A stretch of DNA of 62,866 bases, filler included, from Sphacelaria rigidula (taxonomy: Eukaryota): NCBI GenBank assembly GCA_964200075.2. It is 6 parts of 6 records of this genome, joined end to end, with 100 filler letters (N's around TTAATTAATTAA, not from the genome) between each part and the next. Parts side by side here need not be neighbours in the genome. Positions count along the whole stretch, not along the records: positions 1 to 10,396 come from CAXNAA020006581.1; positions 10,497 to 20,892 come from CAXNAA020006582.1; 4 more parts are not named here. One strand, given 5' to 3'. Below, piece by piece: positions 1 through 11,624 of this stretch. Position numbers and translations under genes: made by a program. The first letter of the stretch is position 1. Each line of letters opens with the position of its first letter. The notes below the pieces were generated by a model. The model was not told where the DNA came from. It saw nothing but the letters and a program-made list of their open reading frames with translations, and did not search any database.

Positions 1-3000
1 GTCTAACTCCAAATAATGGCCGGCGCATCCGCCTGCAAACGTTCATGCAGCCTCTAGGCTGGCCCAGCTCGTATGCGCCGAACAAATCTCGATTAATGAG
101 CAGCTTGCCTTACATTCGATTTTGAGGGCTGTCGACGACATCGGGGATCGCGCCCATTCAAAAACTACTGTACAAAGCAACCTGCCACGGACCAGATGTT
201 ATACACGGTACGAGCGGGGAGCCTAGCGACCCGAGACTGGGTCGCTGAGGAATGGACAGTGTAGAACTTGTAGTGTAGTCTTGAGATCAGCGGATCTGAG
301 GCTCATATAGAGTTAGGCTTGGTGCAGTTTGGACTGAGGAGTGAGGACCAACTACCCTGTGGTAATAATCGAAACTAAATAATGCAACCCTTTAGGGACC
401 CTCCCCTTCCGTCCCCGGACCAGACACGGCATTATTTCAACCCTGAGAAGGAAGAAACTATGGGAACAGAAAAGACCGACTGCAACCATTTTGATGGCGG
501 AAGGCGACAGAAGAATCCACCAGCATACGTCATGCGCGCACCAAAAATGTCACCCCGGTGCGGTCGGACGCAGTGGGTTTCATTTCTTCAAGTTTGTGGA
601 CACAGCCAAAACCAGCACTTGCATACCTCAAGTCTAGGCAAACAAAAATCGGCACCACCTATGTACTTTTCATGTACCGAGTCCCGTGCGGCACCGGGGC
701 ACATTTTTATACGGGTCTGAGAAACAAAAAGCTGCAAATACTCGACCATATGTCGTTTGAAAAATAGCACCCCGAAATTCACACTTCATCATTGCCAGTA
801 CCGAAAGGATTAACGACGCTCTTCCATTAGCATCATTAACAGAGCACAGGGTGGGTGGGTCATATCTACCGCTTCCCGCACTAAACTCATGTCTTCAGAA
901 GACGCTAATAGATTAGAAGTGAAAGCAAAGGGATGCAAAATGGAGCCTTCCCCTGAGCTGGTTTGGGTTCCGTGGGGGCTTGATGCCCCTGACAGCGACC
1001 AGCAAAACGCTCCAGTCGGGCTGCCTGAAGGCCAATTGTTCACCTCGTCGCAACCAAGTAGAGCTTGAGCAGTGGGTGGCCAAATTTGATGGTTGAACGA
1101 TTACTTGGTTCCTTACACAGTATGACGTATTTATTATTCAAGGCACTTTTTTTTCACACATCAACAGCCATTTCCGGTACATTACAATGGCATACAGGGT
1201 ACAGTATAGCAACCTCCGCAGGATACGGACATGATGCGGGTGCGGCCATCGTGCTCACGGAGCCTTCGCCAGAAGCAGTGCAATGCTCTGGGGTACAGGT
1301 GCCCCGGATAAGTGTAACTCAACCCATAAACCACGGACACGAATTACCCCACCTTCCAGTCTTGGAAAATAAACTGATACTTCCGTCTGATTTGGCAGAG
1401 AATGTATCCATGGACAAAAATCCCAACGATCGAACCTGCGGATTCCATGGAGTTATCCGAATTGAATCGGAGGATTGACGACGCCAGATGGATATGCGAA
1501 TGTGCAGTGGATTCGGAAATCCGCTCGGACTTTCCGACCCACGAATACGCAAATTTGCTGCATAATTGGTGGTTGTTTCACGGGACAACTGTGCTTCCTA
1601 AAGAGGGTGTATGACTACTTTTCAGTGTTCAATGCGATTGATTCACTGGACACCGCATGTATACCCTTCGGCCTTGTGGTCCCCTTGAGTCGGGACGAGC
1701 ATTGCGGCATGGCTCTTCAAGACTACAGTAAATCGAGTACGAGAACATCAAGGCGCCAGGTTATGTGTCATTAGATCAACGTAGTAATATTTCCATCTGC
1801 TGAACGAGTGCCAATGTATATCACGTATCAGCGTATCGGCTAGGGGTCCCTGATATCGCTGTACCCCCATTAGCCGTGGTGTGACAGGCCTGCCTACGCG
1901 GGCCAGGCAAAAGTGGGGAGTTTTCTCCCTGAAGTCACGCACAGCGTAAAGTCATAAGTTGCACGCTGAAATTTTAAAATTTTGACAGCAGCTCATCATG
2001 ATCGACATGCAGAATATGGCGAGAGCAGCAAAGAAAGAAAGAAAGAAGGTGATAGGATTTGAAATTTCAGCATAAACAAGATAATATTATAAGTCTAGGA
2101 AAAAACGAGAATTTGCAGCTTCTCCCGTCATGTATCATTTCCTTGGGCACAGAAGGTCTTCGTGAAATTTCGCCACGAGAGTAGTCGATTTGGGCCGTGC
2201 CTGCAACGTTTTTGCGTGACGCTGCTGCACCCTTATAATTCGAGTGATGGGAGACTCCAATTATGGAGGTCATGAGTTCGAATCCCGACATATTCTCTTT
2301 TTTTTCGTCCATGGTCAAGTTCATATATTATATACGGTACATTTTTTTTTTTTCAGTTTTTTACTCAGTCAGCGGCGGTGCCGTGTGTTACCAGGTTGGT
2401 CTGCACTTCACAGTGACTTGCTTACATAGGGTTCATTCGGGAAACTGGGAAAGCTGTACTGTGGACAACGTTTGGCCGCTCTTAAGCTAGTCAAGCTCGT
2501 AGTGACTTCTATACAGTACTGCGTACTGTACGGTATATCGTGGTGCTTCATTGTACTGCATGTGCCATGTCCTGGATACCGGGGGGTATGCGCTGGTGAG
2601 TAGGCATATGAGCAGCGAGGGGGACGCCGCAATGCACGAAATCGGCCTCAAAAAGCGGCGGTATACGCGGCTTCGGCGTCTTCAAGGCGACGAATTTTGA
2701 TTGTCGACAGTAACTCGCGATCGCGACTTATACCTGGATATATTCGCGGGTTTGAAAAAGGGGCGCGGATCGAACTCCATCTCCATGATTAGCACATAGA
2801 GGCCGTAACAGGGTTCAAAACGCGTACAATTGCCATACCCTGAATTTGAGCGGGACCGTTAGGCTGGACCCTTGTAGCAAAGAGCCTTGGCGCTGAGGGA
2901 GATGAGACGCCGTTCCTGCTGGGTTCCAGTGTGGAATATCATGTTAGAATCTCTTGAGGGTAACAGTCGCAGGTGCTCGTTATTGTGGCCAGGAGTTAGC

Positions 3001-5640
3001 AAAGTTTGCTCGAGTGTATGAATTTCCTACGTTGAACCATGCTTCATTTACTTGTGGGGAAATCGGGATCACATCTGCAGAGGATCGACAGTCCTGAGTG
3101 GCTTCACAGTGCGCAGCATGCACTCCGATTTGAGCCCTACCGGTGCACACAGTCTTTGACACAGCATGAAGTATTTTTTGCCGAGGGTTTTTTGTATGCC
3201 CTCAGGTTTGGTTTAGGGTTAGGTCCTGTCTCAGCGAGACCAAAAAAAAGCGAAGGAAATAGCAAGCGTCCAAAAGCACCACGTAGATTCGTCGCCGAGC
3301 GGGAAGCTATGGCTGCCGCGACGAAACGACATGCTGCTTTTGGACGCTTGCTACGTTCTGCGCAATTTTTTTTCTTCTCGAGAAGCACGGCCATAGAGCT
3401 ACAGTTGACAAAAAACAACAATCAACCATGGAGGTCGGCGAGCGTAAACTCTGCCAACGGACGATAGACTGTACTAGACCGAAGAATGGTGGGGGATAGC
3501 ACGTTTCACAAATTGGAGCTTTTGGTTTTCCTGTACCTAGAATACGAGTGTCGGATTCAGTTGTTGCGCCAAGCGCACGGGCTACTTTAGCAAAGTCGCG
3601 CTCCAGAAAGTTGAAACTAAATGATGCATACCTTCTTTTGTTTTGTCTAGCACACTTTTCTCCTTTGGTTTTTTCCTTATCAATGGGTCTACACTGCCTG
3701 TGTTACCTTTCTGTTTTCTTCACTTTTCTTCAGCGAATGTTTCCGTTTTGTTTTTATCTCGGGTAGGTTCATCATGTGGATTATGACCAGGATTGGATCT
3801 CTGGGAGATCAGTCAAGGTGGGACAATCGACACAGTAAAGGGTGGGGGGCACGAAAGATCAAACTTGTGCTCCGACGGCGGCTCCGTAGGTTCACACTAA
3901 CGACTCAATAGCATTTCGGGTTATCAGAGAGGAGCCGACCGACCGATCCCGTAGGAAAATGAAGTAATGAAATAGGAAAGAGGGCCACGGTAAACAGAAC
4001 ACGTCGTACCACATGGCTGTGGAAGCGGTATCGACTACGGCTTGTTTTCTGATGGAAGCGGTGAAATGTAGAATGCCCGCCTCTGAGGGTAGCACTCGGC
4101 ACTCGATAAAACAGCAGGTGGCGGGTAAAGGCAACTGCAATTTCAGAACATATCACAGCACGGAAACACGGCCAACATGCGAGGGCGAGTACTGTACGAC
4201 AGCTGTAGTGTCAAGACAACGATCTTGCTCTTCACGTATGACTAGTATAACGAGAAGACAACACGACATATGAAATACTACGGTGTCTACCGATTGCGGT
4301 GTGCTGTCGGCGTGCTGTCGTTTGTACCGTGTTTCGGATGGAACCCGGTCAGTGCTTTGATTTGAAGACGACAATCATGTTGTGTCGCCGAGCTGCCTGA
4401 TGGGGCCTTCTGACTACGATACAGGCCTCAGATGTATATTTACCCAAGGAATACAGTACCACTTACTCACGCGCCGCTTATACTGTACAGCAGGATGAGC
4501 TGCCCACGTTTGAAACATCAGCTTGGGTTGCCAGGTTCCAGAGAGATAGGGCAGAGAAAGCATACAATGCGGTACAAGGAGTAGTACACTGCAGTCAGTA
4601 CCGTACTCGGTGTGGGTTCATGCCCGTTGCCTGTTTCGGAACAACGGCACAAGATCGGGGACATGACACCTGGTTATGAAGTAAAATAGGAGGATCCGAC
4701 AACCATGACTCGTTCTCGATGTGTACGCAGTGTGGATGAGGCAGTGCGAAACGTAAGCTTGGCTTGTCCTCAGATCTACACCGCTAGTGATTCCCCTTGA
4801 GATTGTTTCAGACTTGCACACAGCTAGCGGCTGGGTTCGACGTAACAGCAGTACAGTACACCATAACAGTACGTTAGCACAGCCTTCTCGACTCGTCTGT
4901 TGTTGTACCTAGCCGCTCTAGCCCCAGCCTCGTGTTGACTCGCAGTCTCATTTTTGGAACACTACTGAAGCATCCACCATGTGCAGGGGAGAACATTGCT
5001 GGCTACGAGGCAGGATCGACAGCAATAGCGGACAGACCCTAGCATAGTAGCGATGCATTGCACCATGTCCACCTTGATCGCTGTCAGCCATCACATATGG
5101 GTTGCTCAAGGCAAACGGAGCTTAGTACTCGGCCCACCACATCGAGCACGGAGCTCTCAGTCGTTCAACTACTAGATTACAACAGAAAGCCCCGCCCCTT
5201 TTGCGACACATCGACAAGGAAAGCGCGCGAGGTGTTTGTTTCTTGTAAACACAAAAGCTGTTCTGCTTCAACACAGCCCATCTGCAACAGCGAACATGAC
5301 AACAGGCTTACCCTAAAACTTGGCTTCTCCAGCTCACCTCCTGCTAGTGCAAGCCACGTCTCCGCACCCTACTTGACCACCCCGCGCCCAGCTCACCGCC
5401 AAAATGAGTGCCGTCGACAAAAAGCTGAATACACTACTTGAAAACACGCCTCCGTAAAAATCCATCATCGCGTACGTCATTTTGCATCCCCGATCCCTGT
5501 ATCAAAAACACGCCTCACGTTTTTCGAAACGTGACATCTTCAAGAGCTCACACAGGCCGCCGGCAGCACGCCTCCAATATCACAGTATTTCAGCACCACC
5601 AGGCTAGGAACTCTTTCTTTCGAAAAGCTAATCAATAACC

Positions 5641-7849
5641 ATGAAGTTCATCCTTGCCCTCTTCGTTGCGTTCGTGAGCATGGCCGCTGCGTTCGTGCCG
5701 GCTATCAGCTCGCGCGGGGCGATAATGGCACAACAGACTCGTTCTTCGACACCGCTGGTGAGTGCCTCATGTTTTCATGTAGTTTTGGCAAATTATGTGA
5801 AGTACCCGTCATACTCGAGTTCAACCACGTCGTCCAGAAAACCTAACGCGATTACTGTCCGGATTCTGGAAAAGACATGAGTTCCAGAGCTAGGAACGGC
5901 AGGTTTGGGGATAGTCTCTCTTTGTGCTTTTAGTTCATGGTCGTATCGAACATTAATCAAGACGTATGAGCTGACTGACGCCCGTGGTTGCCACGCCGGC
6001 TTTTGAGTATACGCAAGCATACGCGGTGTTTCATGGGCACTCAAAAATTGAGTCAAACATAAACATGTACGTAAGCATCATTTTGGCTCATGCGTGCGCA
6101 TGAAGTCCTTCCTAAAGCTGCGTTGGGTGAATGATTGTCCCACATCCGTACAAGGTATTGACTTGTACTGTATCACCGTCTCAACATGCTCTTCCCCACC
6201 CTTCTTAGCCCCTTTTGTACAAATGTCTCTTCGACGACGAAGACATGAATCGCGAGATGTTGATCAGGCCTGCGAAGAAAACAATGGAGTGTATCGTGCC
6301 TTACCACAGCAGTTCCATCAGTACGTGTACACCCACTTGGTACGTGGTAGAAGCACCACGGATGAGGCTTTCGATGTGATGTACGAGGAGAGTCGGGATG
6401 ACATTTCTTTCTCACTTGTGGCCAACTATCTGGTGCACAATCACGAGGCAAAAGATGAACGTGCGTTGGGTCTTGCAGGAGCCCTTTCATGACCGTGACC
6501 CACACGCGTGTGAGTCTCTTGATATATTCTTCTCGCCCGCACCTGTCGGTGCACGTGTTCGCTCCAGGCAGCACAGGAGTCGATTTCTTGGCACATTGCA
6601 TGGCATGAGCACACATCTGTGCACACATCGATTTTCTGTCTCACCGTATATCGCGTAGTCCAGATCGATGTCGTATCCATGCCGCCTCGCTGTGCTGCAT
6701 GTTCACGTCCATTACACCTGGTTGACGCGTACGTGTATTGCTCTTGAGCGAAGACGTGAAGCCACCTCGAAACGAGTTGTGCGTGTTTTGCCGCGTGTAA
6801 TACGCTTGTGCAAATTCCTCTTATTTCGCGCATCCCACTACGTTGCCGTGCAGGGGTCTGTTGTTCAATCACTAGTGATAAAACTCGAAGTGCACTACTA
6901 CAGGTTGTAGGCGGTTTTCAGTCGAGGGTTCTCCCACCCCTTATATGTCACCATGATTCCAAATGGAGCACCCCTTCGGCCATTCGGGGTTGTGTCACTG
7001 AAACGCTTCATTGCGTGGTACGAAAACTGAGAGCCAGTCTGGCCGAATGATCTCGTGTGACATGCGGGAAATGGTAGTCGGAGGGATGACGTAAGTAGAG
7101 CGTGAACTTGCGTGTTTCGTCGTTCCCCTCTTCCCCGCCAAAATATCTATAATCAGGGACCCCAACAATATTACTTTTTTCCGGAAGTTGTATGTTCTAC
7201 GCACTATCTTGCAAAAGAGTAAACCGTAACCTCATCGAGACCCGAGGATCCATCACCGACACTTCCTGGTCATCCAGAAGACGTGGAGACGTTCCGTGAC
7301 TCCACAAGTTCATGTGTTGCTTCAAGAATTCATGCCACGATGCTAATGATAACTCCAGAACATTGCGTGGCCTGAGGGAATGCGCAGGCTGTCGGGTTAT
7401 CGTGCCGGACGCACATCATTTCTACCGTATATGGTGGTTTTTTGTGCCCCGAATCCTGATATCCGTCCGATATTTCAATCCGAGGTTTAAGTCCGGACAA
7501 CTTGATGAAGTTGGTAACCCCATTCAAGCATATTCTCGACGTGGATTCCACATGAATCCATTTTGACGCCGTATATGTTCGTGCACGAGGGATGTTGACT
7601 TCGACATTCAATGAAGAGCAGACCCCAAAGTCTGAACCCTCTTGTACTCCTTCCTCGTCTCGTTTATGTTTTGGTTTGGTGCAGCGCATGTCCGGTGACG
7701 GGGAGGAGAAGCACATCGGAACCGGCGGTATGGCCGACACCAGGGACCCCGAACCGACGGACGACCCCGACCCGCGCAAGTCTATTTCTGCCGCCCCTAC
7801 ATTTGAAGAGTACATGAAGCAGAAGAAGGCGGAGGCGGAGGGGAAATAA
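5641..7849 (+). CDS. Two-exon gene for a small (93 aa) plastid-targeted protein of unknown function
   Basis: Exon 1 is 5641-5757 (MKFILALFVAFVSMAAAFVPAISSRGAIMAQQTRSSTPL), preceded by ACC-ATG and ending at donor GTGAGT (5758). Exon 2 is 7685-7849, after a pyrimidine-rich tract and TGCAG acceptor (RMSGDGEEKHIGTGGMADTRDPEPTDDPDPRKSISAAPTFEEYMKQKKAEAEGK*). The join is phase 0. Signal peptide + AAA-FVP cleavage motif + S/T/R-rich transit peptide ending TPL-RM matches the stramenopile ASAFAP presequence. Both exons have GC3-rich codons. Confidence 0.85.
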
Positions 7850-9540
7850 GCGCCCGTTGCTACGTTAGACTTGCAGTGAAAAGCGTGGGTGGAATTTGAC
7901 CGTAGACCACATTCTCGTCTACACATGCCTTGTGTTGAAACTTGACGGTATCCAGTGGTGTGATGACCCCCGTTGCCCAGATATAGTTTGGCGGGCGTGA
8001 TGAAATAGGGCGAGAAGGTTTGCGGTCATATATTTTTTCGGAGGGAGGCTGGCTCTCTGGTGGGAAGGGTTCGGGGCTGATAAGAGGAGGGGGGCATGAC
8101 ATTTTGATGTAAAGGTCTTTTGAACAGATCGGACCGTTGTACAAGCTATTTCCGTGTTGCGGGCACAATTTTTCAGCAGTAGTTCATCGTTTAATGATCA
8201 CTCAGATTTTACATTTTTGATTTTTTTTCGCGTTTAGGAAAGGAGGAAGTTTTTTTTTCATGGCGGTGAAAACGGTCGTGAGGCAACCACTCGCAGATGA
8301 AGCGAATATCCGGTCATTGGTGATACCTGCGGGTGCACGCACACATGTGTGCAGGGGAGGGATGCGTGCTGTTTTTCGTGCAGTAACGGCAGTGGTACCT
8401 CCCTACTCCCCGATCCTTTCTGGGAGCTCAAAGTGAGGCTCAGGGCGACCACACATGATGCACTGGACTCATTTTTTCCAGTCCTCGAGGCTTGACGTGT
8501 GAGATTGCCATCGAATAGTACCCTTTTCTCGAGCCGACAGCCTGTGTTCCCGGCAGGGTGTTACACCCCAACGAAATGGTGGAAACTAGGTCGTCTCCGT
8601 ACCATGAAAATGAAACAGTGGCGACTCGATTCCATTCCGGCTCAAATCTAGGGAATGAGTTCGTCATTGACATGAAATGTGCAGGTCTTGGATCCTCCCC
8701 TCAGCACGTTCTCCATTTCTCCTGAAACGCGCAACCTATTCACGATTGTGTGATGATTTCGAACGAATGAGCACCTAGTGAAATTTCACGCTCTACTCAC
8801 ATGCATTCGTTTCCGTGGGGAGGTTGCGATGTTGGGGTGCTGATGATGAATGAAACCCGGACGAAACCTGCGGGGAAAGGAAACGCACCCCCCGCGTCTT
8901 TAAAAAGAAATATCCAGTTGGTGCGCGCACGATGACTGCGTACACCCGTCGAACAGCTCTCGAGTCATCGCCAACGACTGATCGCATGCGAGCTAGGCCA
9001 GCCTCGGAACGGATTCGAGCTCTAAAAGCAATATCTCATCGACACAGACGAGTTGGGTCGTGATCCGCATATCGTATGGATCGTCTTATCATGGGGAAGG
9101 TGCCCATCTGCTCAGGAGCTTGGGCTAACATCTTCTCATTGATTAAACCTAATGTCGAGTAATTCCTGAACGTAACGGAGGTGGCTTCCATACTAGAATC
9201 TCTCATGAAACCCCCGATCGATGCTTTCAGCGGATGACGAATTTTGATGTGGACCAACGGTAAGAGTTAAGGTACGATTGAGAGTGAAGAGCGGTCAATT
9301 AGTAAATAAGCCGTTTCGGTTCCGAAATGCATCTCCACCAGGCCCATTATTCTCTCTGTTGTACCTTGCCCATGAGGCCCCCGATACCCCTGAGAAGGAT
9401 ATCAACGTGTAGCTGTAAGCACATGGTAGTGATGAGACGACGAAAAGCACACGCGGAATGTAATATTGGCCAAGCGAAAGCGAATGATCAAAGCCACTCC
9501 CAATCCGCACCCAACTCTTAATTTCACGAAAATCTTGTCG

Positions 9541-9661
9541 ATCGTGTGTTTGCGGCAGGTATCCATTTGTGTTATTTTCAAGTAAAATGATCAATGAGGC
9601 CCCTGCAGCATCATTTTTACGGGGAAATAACACAATTGGACACCTACCGCAAACACACGAT
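9541..9661. repeat. Inverted repeat / hairpin with ~37-bp arms
   Basis: ATCGTGTGTTTGCGGCAGGTATCCATTTGTGTTATTT (9541-9577) is the reverse complement, with 3 mismatches, of AAATAACACAATTGGACACCTACCGCAAACACACGAT (9625-9661). Confidence 0.8.
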
Positions 9662-10092
9662 AGTGGGGAAATGGGTCTCAAGCGGAATACTCACCCCTTT
9701 TTAAATCGATCATTGCTCTGCAAGACCTGCCTGGACGAGACAACCGTGGCTCCATCCACTACAAAACCATGCAGTAAAATATCCATCAACGGACATCTGT
9801 CAAGGTGTCTATGTCTTAGCTTCTTCTACCCCCGCCCCGGCCCCTGGGGTGTCCGACTCTAACGGAACTACATATCTCTCGTCTTTAGCTCCCGCGACGA
9901 TGGATACATCCAAGTCGTCAAGTTCCGCCAGTCGCGCAGGCAAGTACTTGAACACCTGTGTTTGCGGTTGACGCTTGTATGTGTGCAGATATGCATATGA
10001 ACTTGAAGATTCTTGGCTCAAGATCGTCAAAGAGCTCATGATGATAATTTGCTCGTGGGATTGCTGACTCTTCCACTGAAGTCGTTCTTCAT

Positions 10093-10396
10093 GAGCAATG
10101 ACTCGAGTGCTCGCCCTATTCATTTTTTCCACAACAAGCAATGAATGACTCGAGTGCTCGCCCTGTAATTTTCCCCCCCAACGAGTAATGAGTCGAGTGC
10201 TGGCCCTATTCATTCGTTTCCAGAAGAACGAGCAATGACTCGAGTGCTTGCCCTATTATTAATTGTTTTCACGAGCGATGACTCGAGTGCTCGTTCTATT
10301 ATTTTTTTCCACAGCGAGCAATGACTCGAGTGCTCTCGCCCTATTCATTTTTACGGCCAACGAGCAGCCCAACGAGTGCGAGTGCCACGAGTCACA
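10093..10396. repeat. Minisatellite of six ~43-48-bp units with a semi-palindromic core, at a contig end
   Basis: The core GAGCAATGACTCGAGTGCTCGCCCTATT recurs six times with small variations, separated by related T-rich linkers ending in (A)AC or similar. Confidence 0.85.
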
Positions 10397-10496
10397 NNNN
10401 NNNNNNNNNNNNNNNNNNNNNNNNNNNNNNNNNNNNNNNNTTAATTAATTAANNNNNNNNNNNNNNNNNNNNNNNNNNNNNNNNNNNNNNNNNNNN
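10397..10496. other. Artificial contig-joining spacer N44-TTAATTAATTAA-N44 (also at 20893-20992, 31388-31487, 41881-41980, 52374-52473)
   Basis: Five identical 100-bp spacers carry a six-frame stop linker. The intervening segments have near-identical, non-increasing lengths. Confidence 0.97.
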
Positions 10497-11624
10497 AAAC
10501 GTTTGGTATTGCTTTTCGACGGTATCTTCGCATGTTTAACCGGACCCGAAGCGGCCATCTTCCCTCAGGCCTTGAGAGTCGTTTAAATTGTGTAGATGTA
10601 GTTCACAAAAACCAACTGTTGAGCTTTCATACCCGTTCCGAACTTCGGTCGGGAGTAGGTACGGTGGAGCAACGACAGCTAGCTATGATCGGGTTTGCCT
10701 ACCGTACTACCGACAGCGTTACGTGAAAACCACAAGACCTTTGCTGTCGGCGGTTGATGGCGTGGGTCTCAAATGCAACGACAAGTGGTTGATCGTAGAG
10801 CACTCTCGTCCCAGCTTATAGTGCATGACTTCCTCACATCGGAATAATTCTGGAAGGCTACTCGTACTGTACCGAGGTGTTCACGCGACCAGCGTGTGCT
10901 CCAGAATGCAGCATGGACGGACTCCTATGCGCCACGCTAGCAACAGTTAGATCACCACCATCGGTATCTTTTTTCACTCCGCATGTCAAGAAGGCCTCTA
11001 CAAGTGTTTGATCTCTCATACACTCCCCTCAACTGGCGTGTGGCACGCTCTTCTGGCCGGGCACCCAGAGGGTCGGATGTGGGTAAAATCAACGATGAAT
11101 AACACCCCCGAGTTCAAACTGGATCTATTTCTTATTGCCGTACTCGCTTTTGCTGGCATGTGTGTGACAGAGAACAGTAGTAGCGGTGACGGGAACATTG
11201 CCCTATTTTTCAACGACATGTTTTTCAGCGCACAGAGGCGCGTCCTGTCCGAAAGAAGANNNNNNNNNNGAGACGAAATCTCTCCGCACATCGATGTTCT
11301 GGAACATGGAAAATTGGGCACATGCTGGTAACATCGATGATGCCAGTCGCTCGAGAGTTTGGTGATCGCCGAGCGAGGACACACAAAGGATACGGGCGAG
11401 GAGCTTCCTCTCTGTCGTTGCTTCCCTCTCTGGTGATATCGTCATCGATACGCGTGTACACCGCACTCGTTAGGTGCACCAAGCCACGGCTGCTTGACTG
11501 CTGCGGACATTTGGGGGGAAGATGACTTCGCTCGGTCGTACGTGTTTCGGGCCATCCCTGCAAAAAGGAAACGTCACTTGAACCTCATTTTTGAGATGGA
11601 CCCCATTTTCCAGGATCCACTGTT
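10497..11624 (+). mobile_element. Dispersed TIR-type element fragment carrying a degraded ORF (copy A)
   Basis: Homologous over about 1 kb to the reverse complement of 39592-41070. It ends in CCAGGATCCACTGTT, the terminus shared with the AACAG...CTGTT MITE family. Confidence 0.6.

Noticed and set aside
3767-3817. Candidate 51-bp exon after a long pyrimidine tract
   Set aside because: Isolated, with an unrecognised peptide; it resembles GATC-rich repeat fragments seen elsewhere.
10093-10396. CRISPR array
   Set aside because: The linkers are short and related to each other, the repeats are degenerate, there are no cas genes and the context is eukaryotic.
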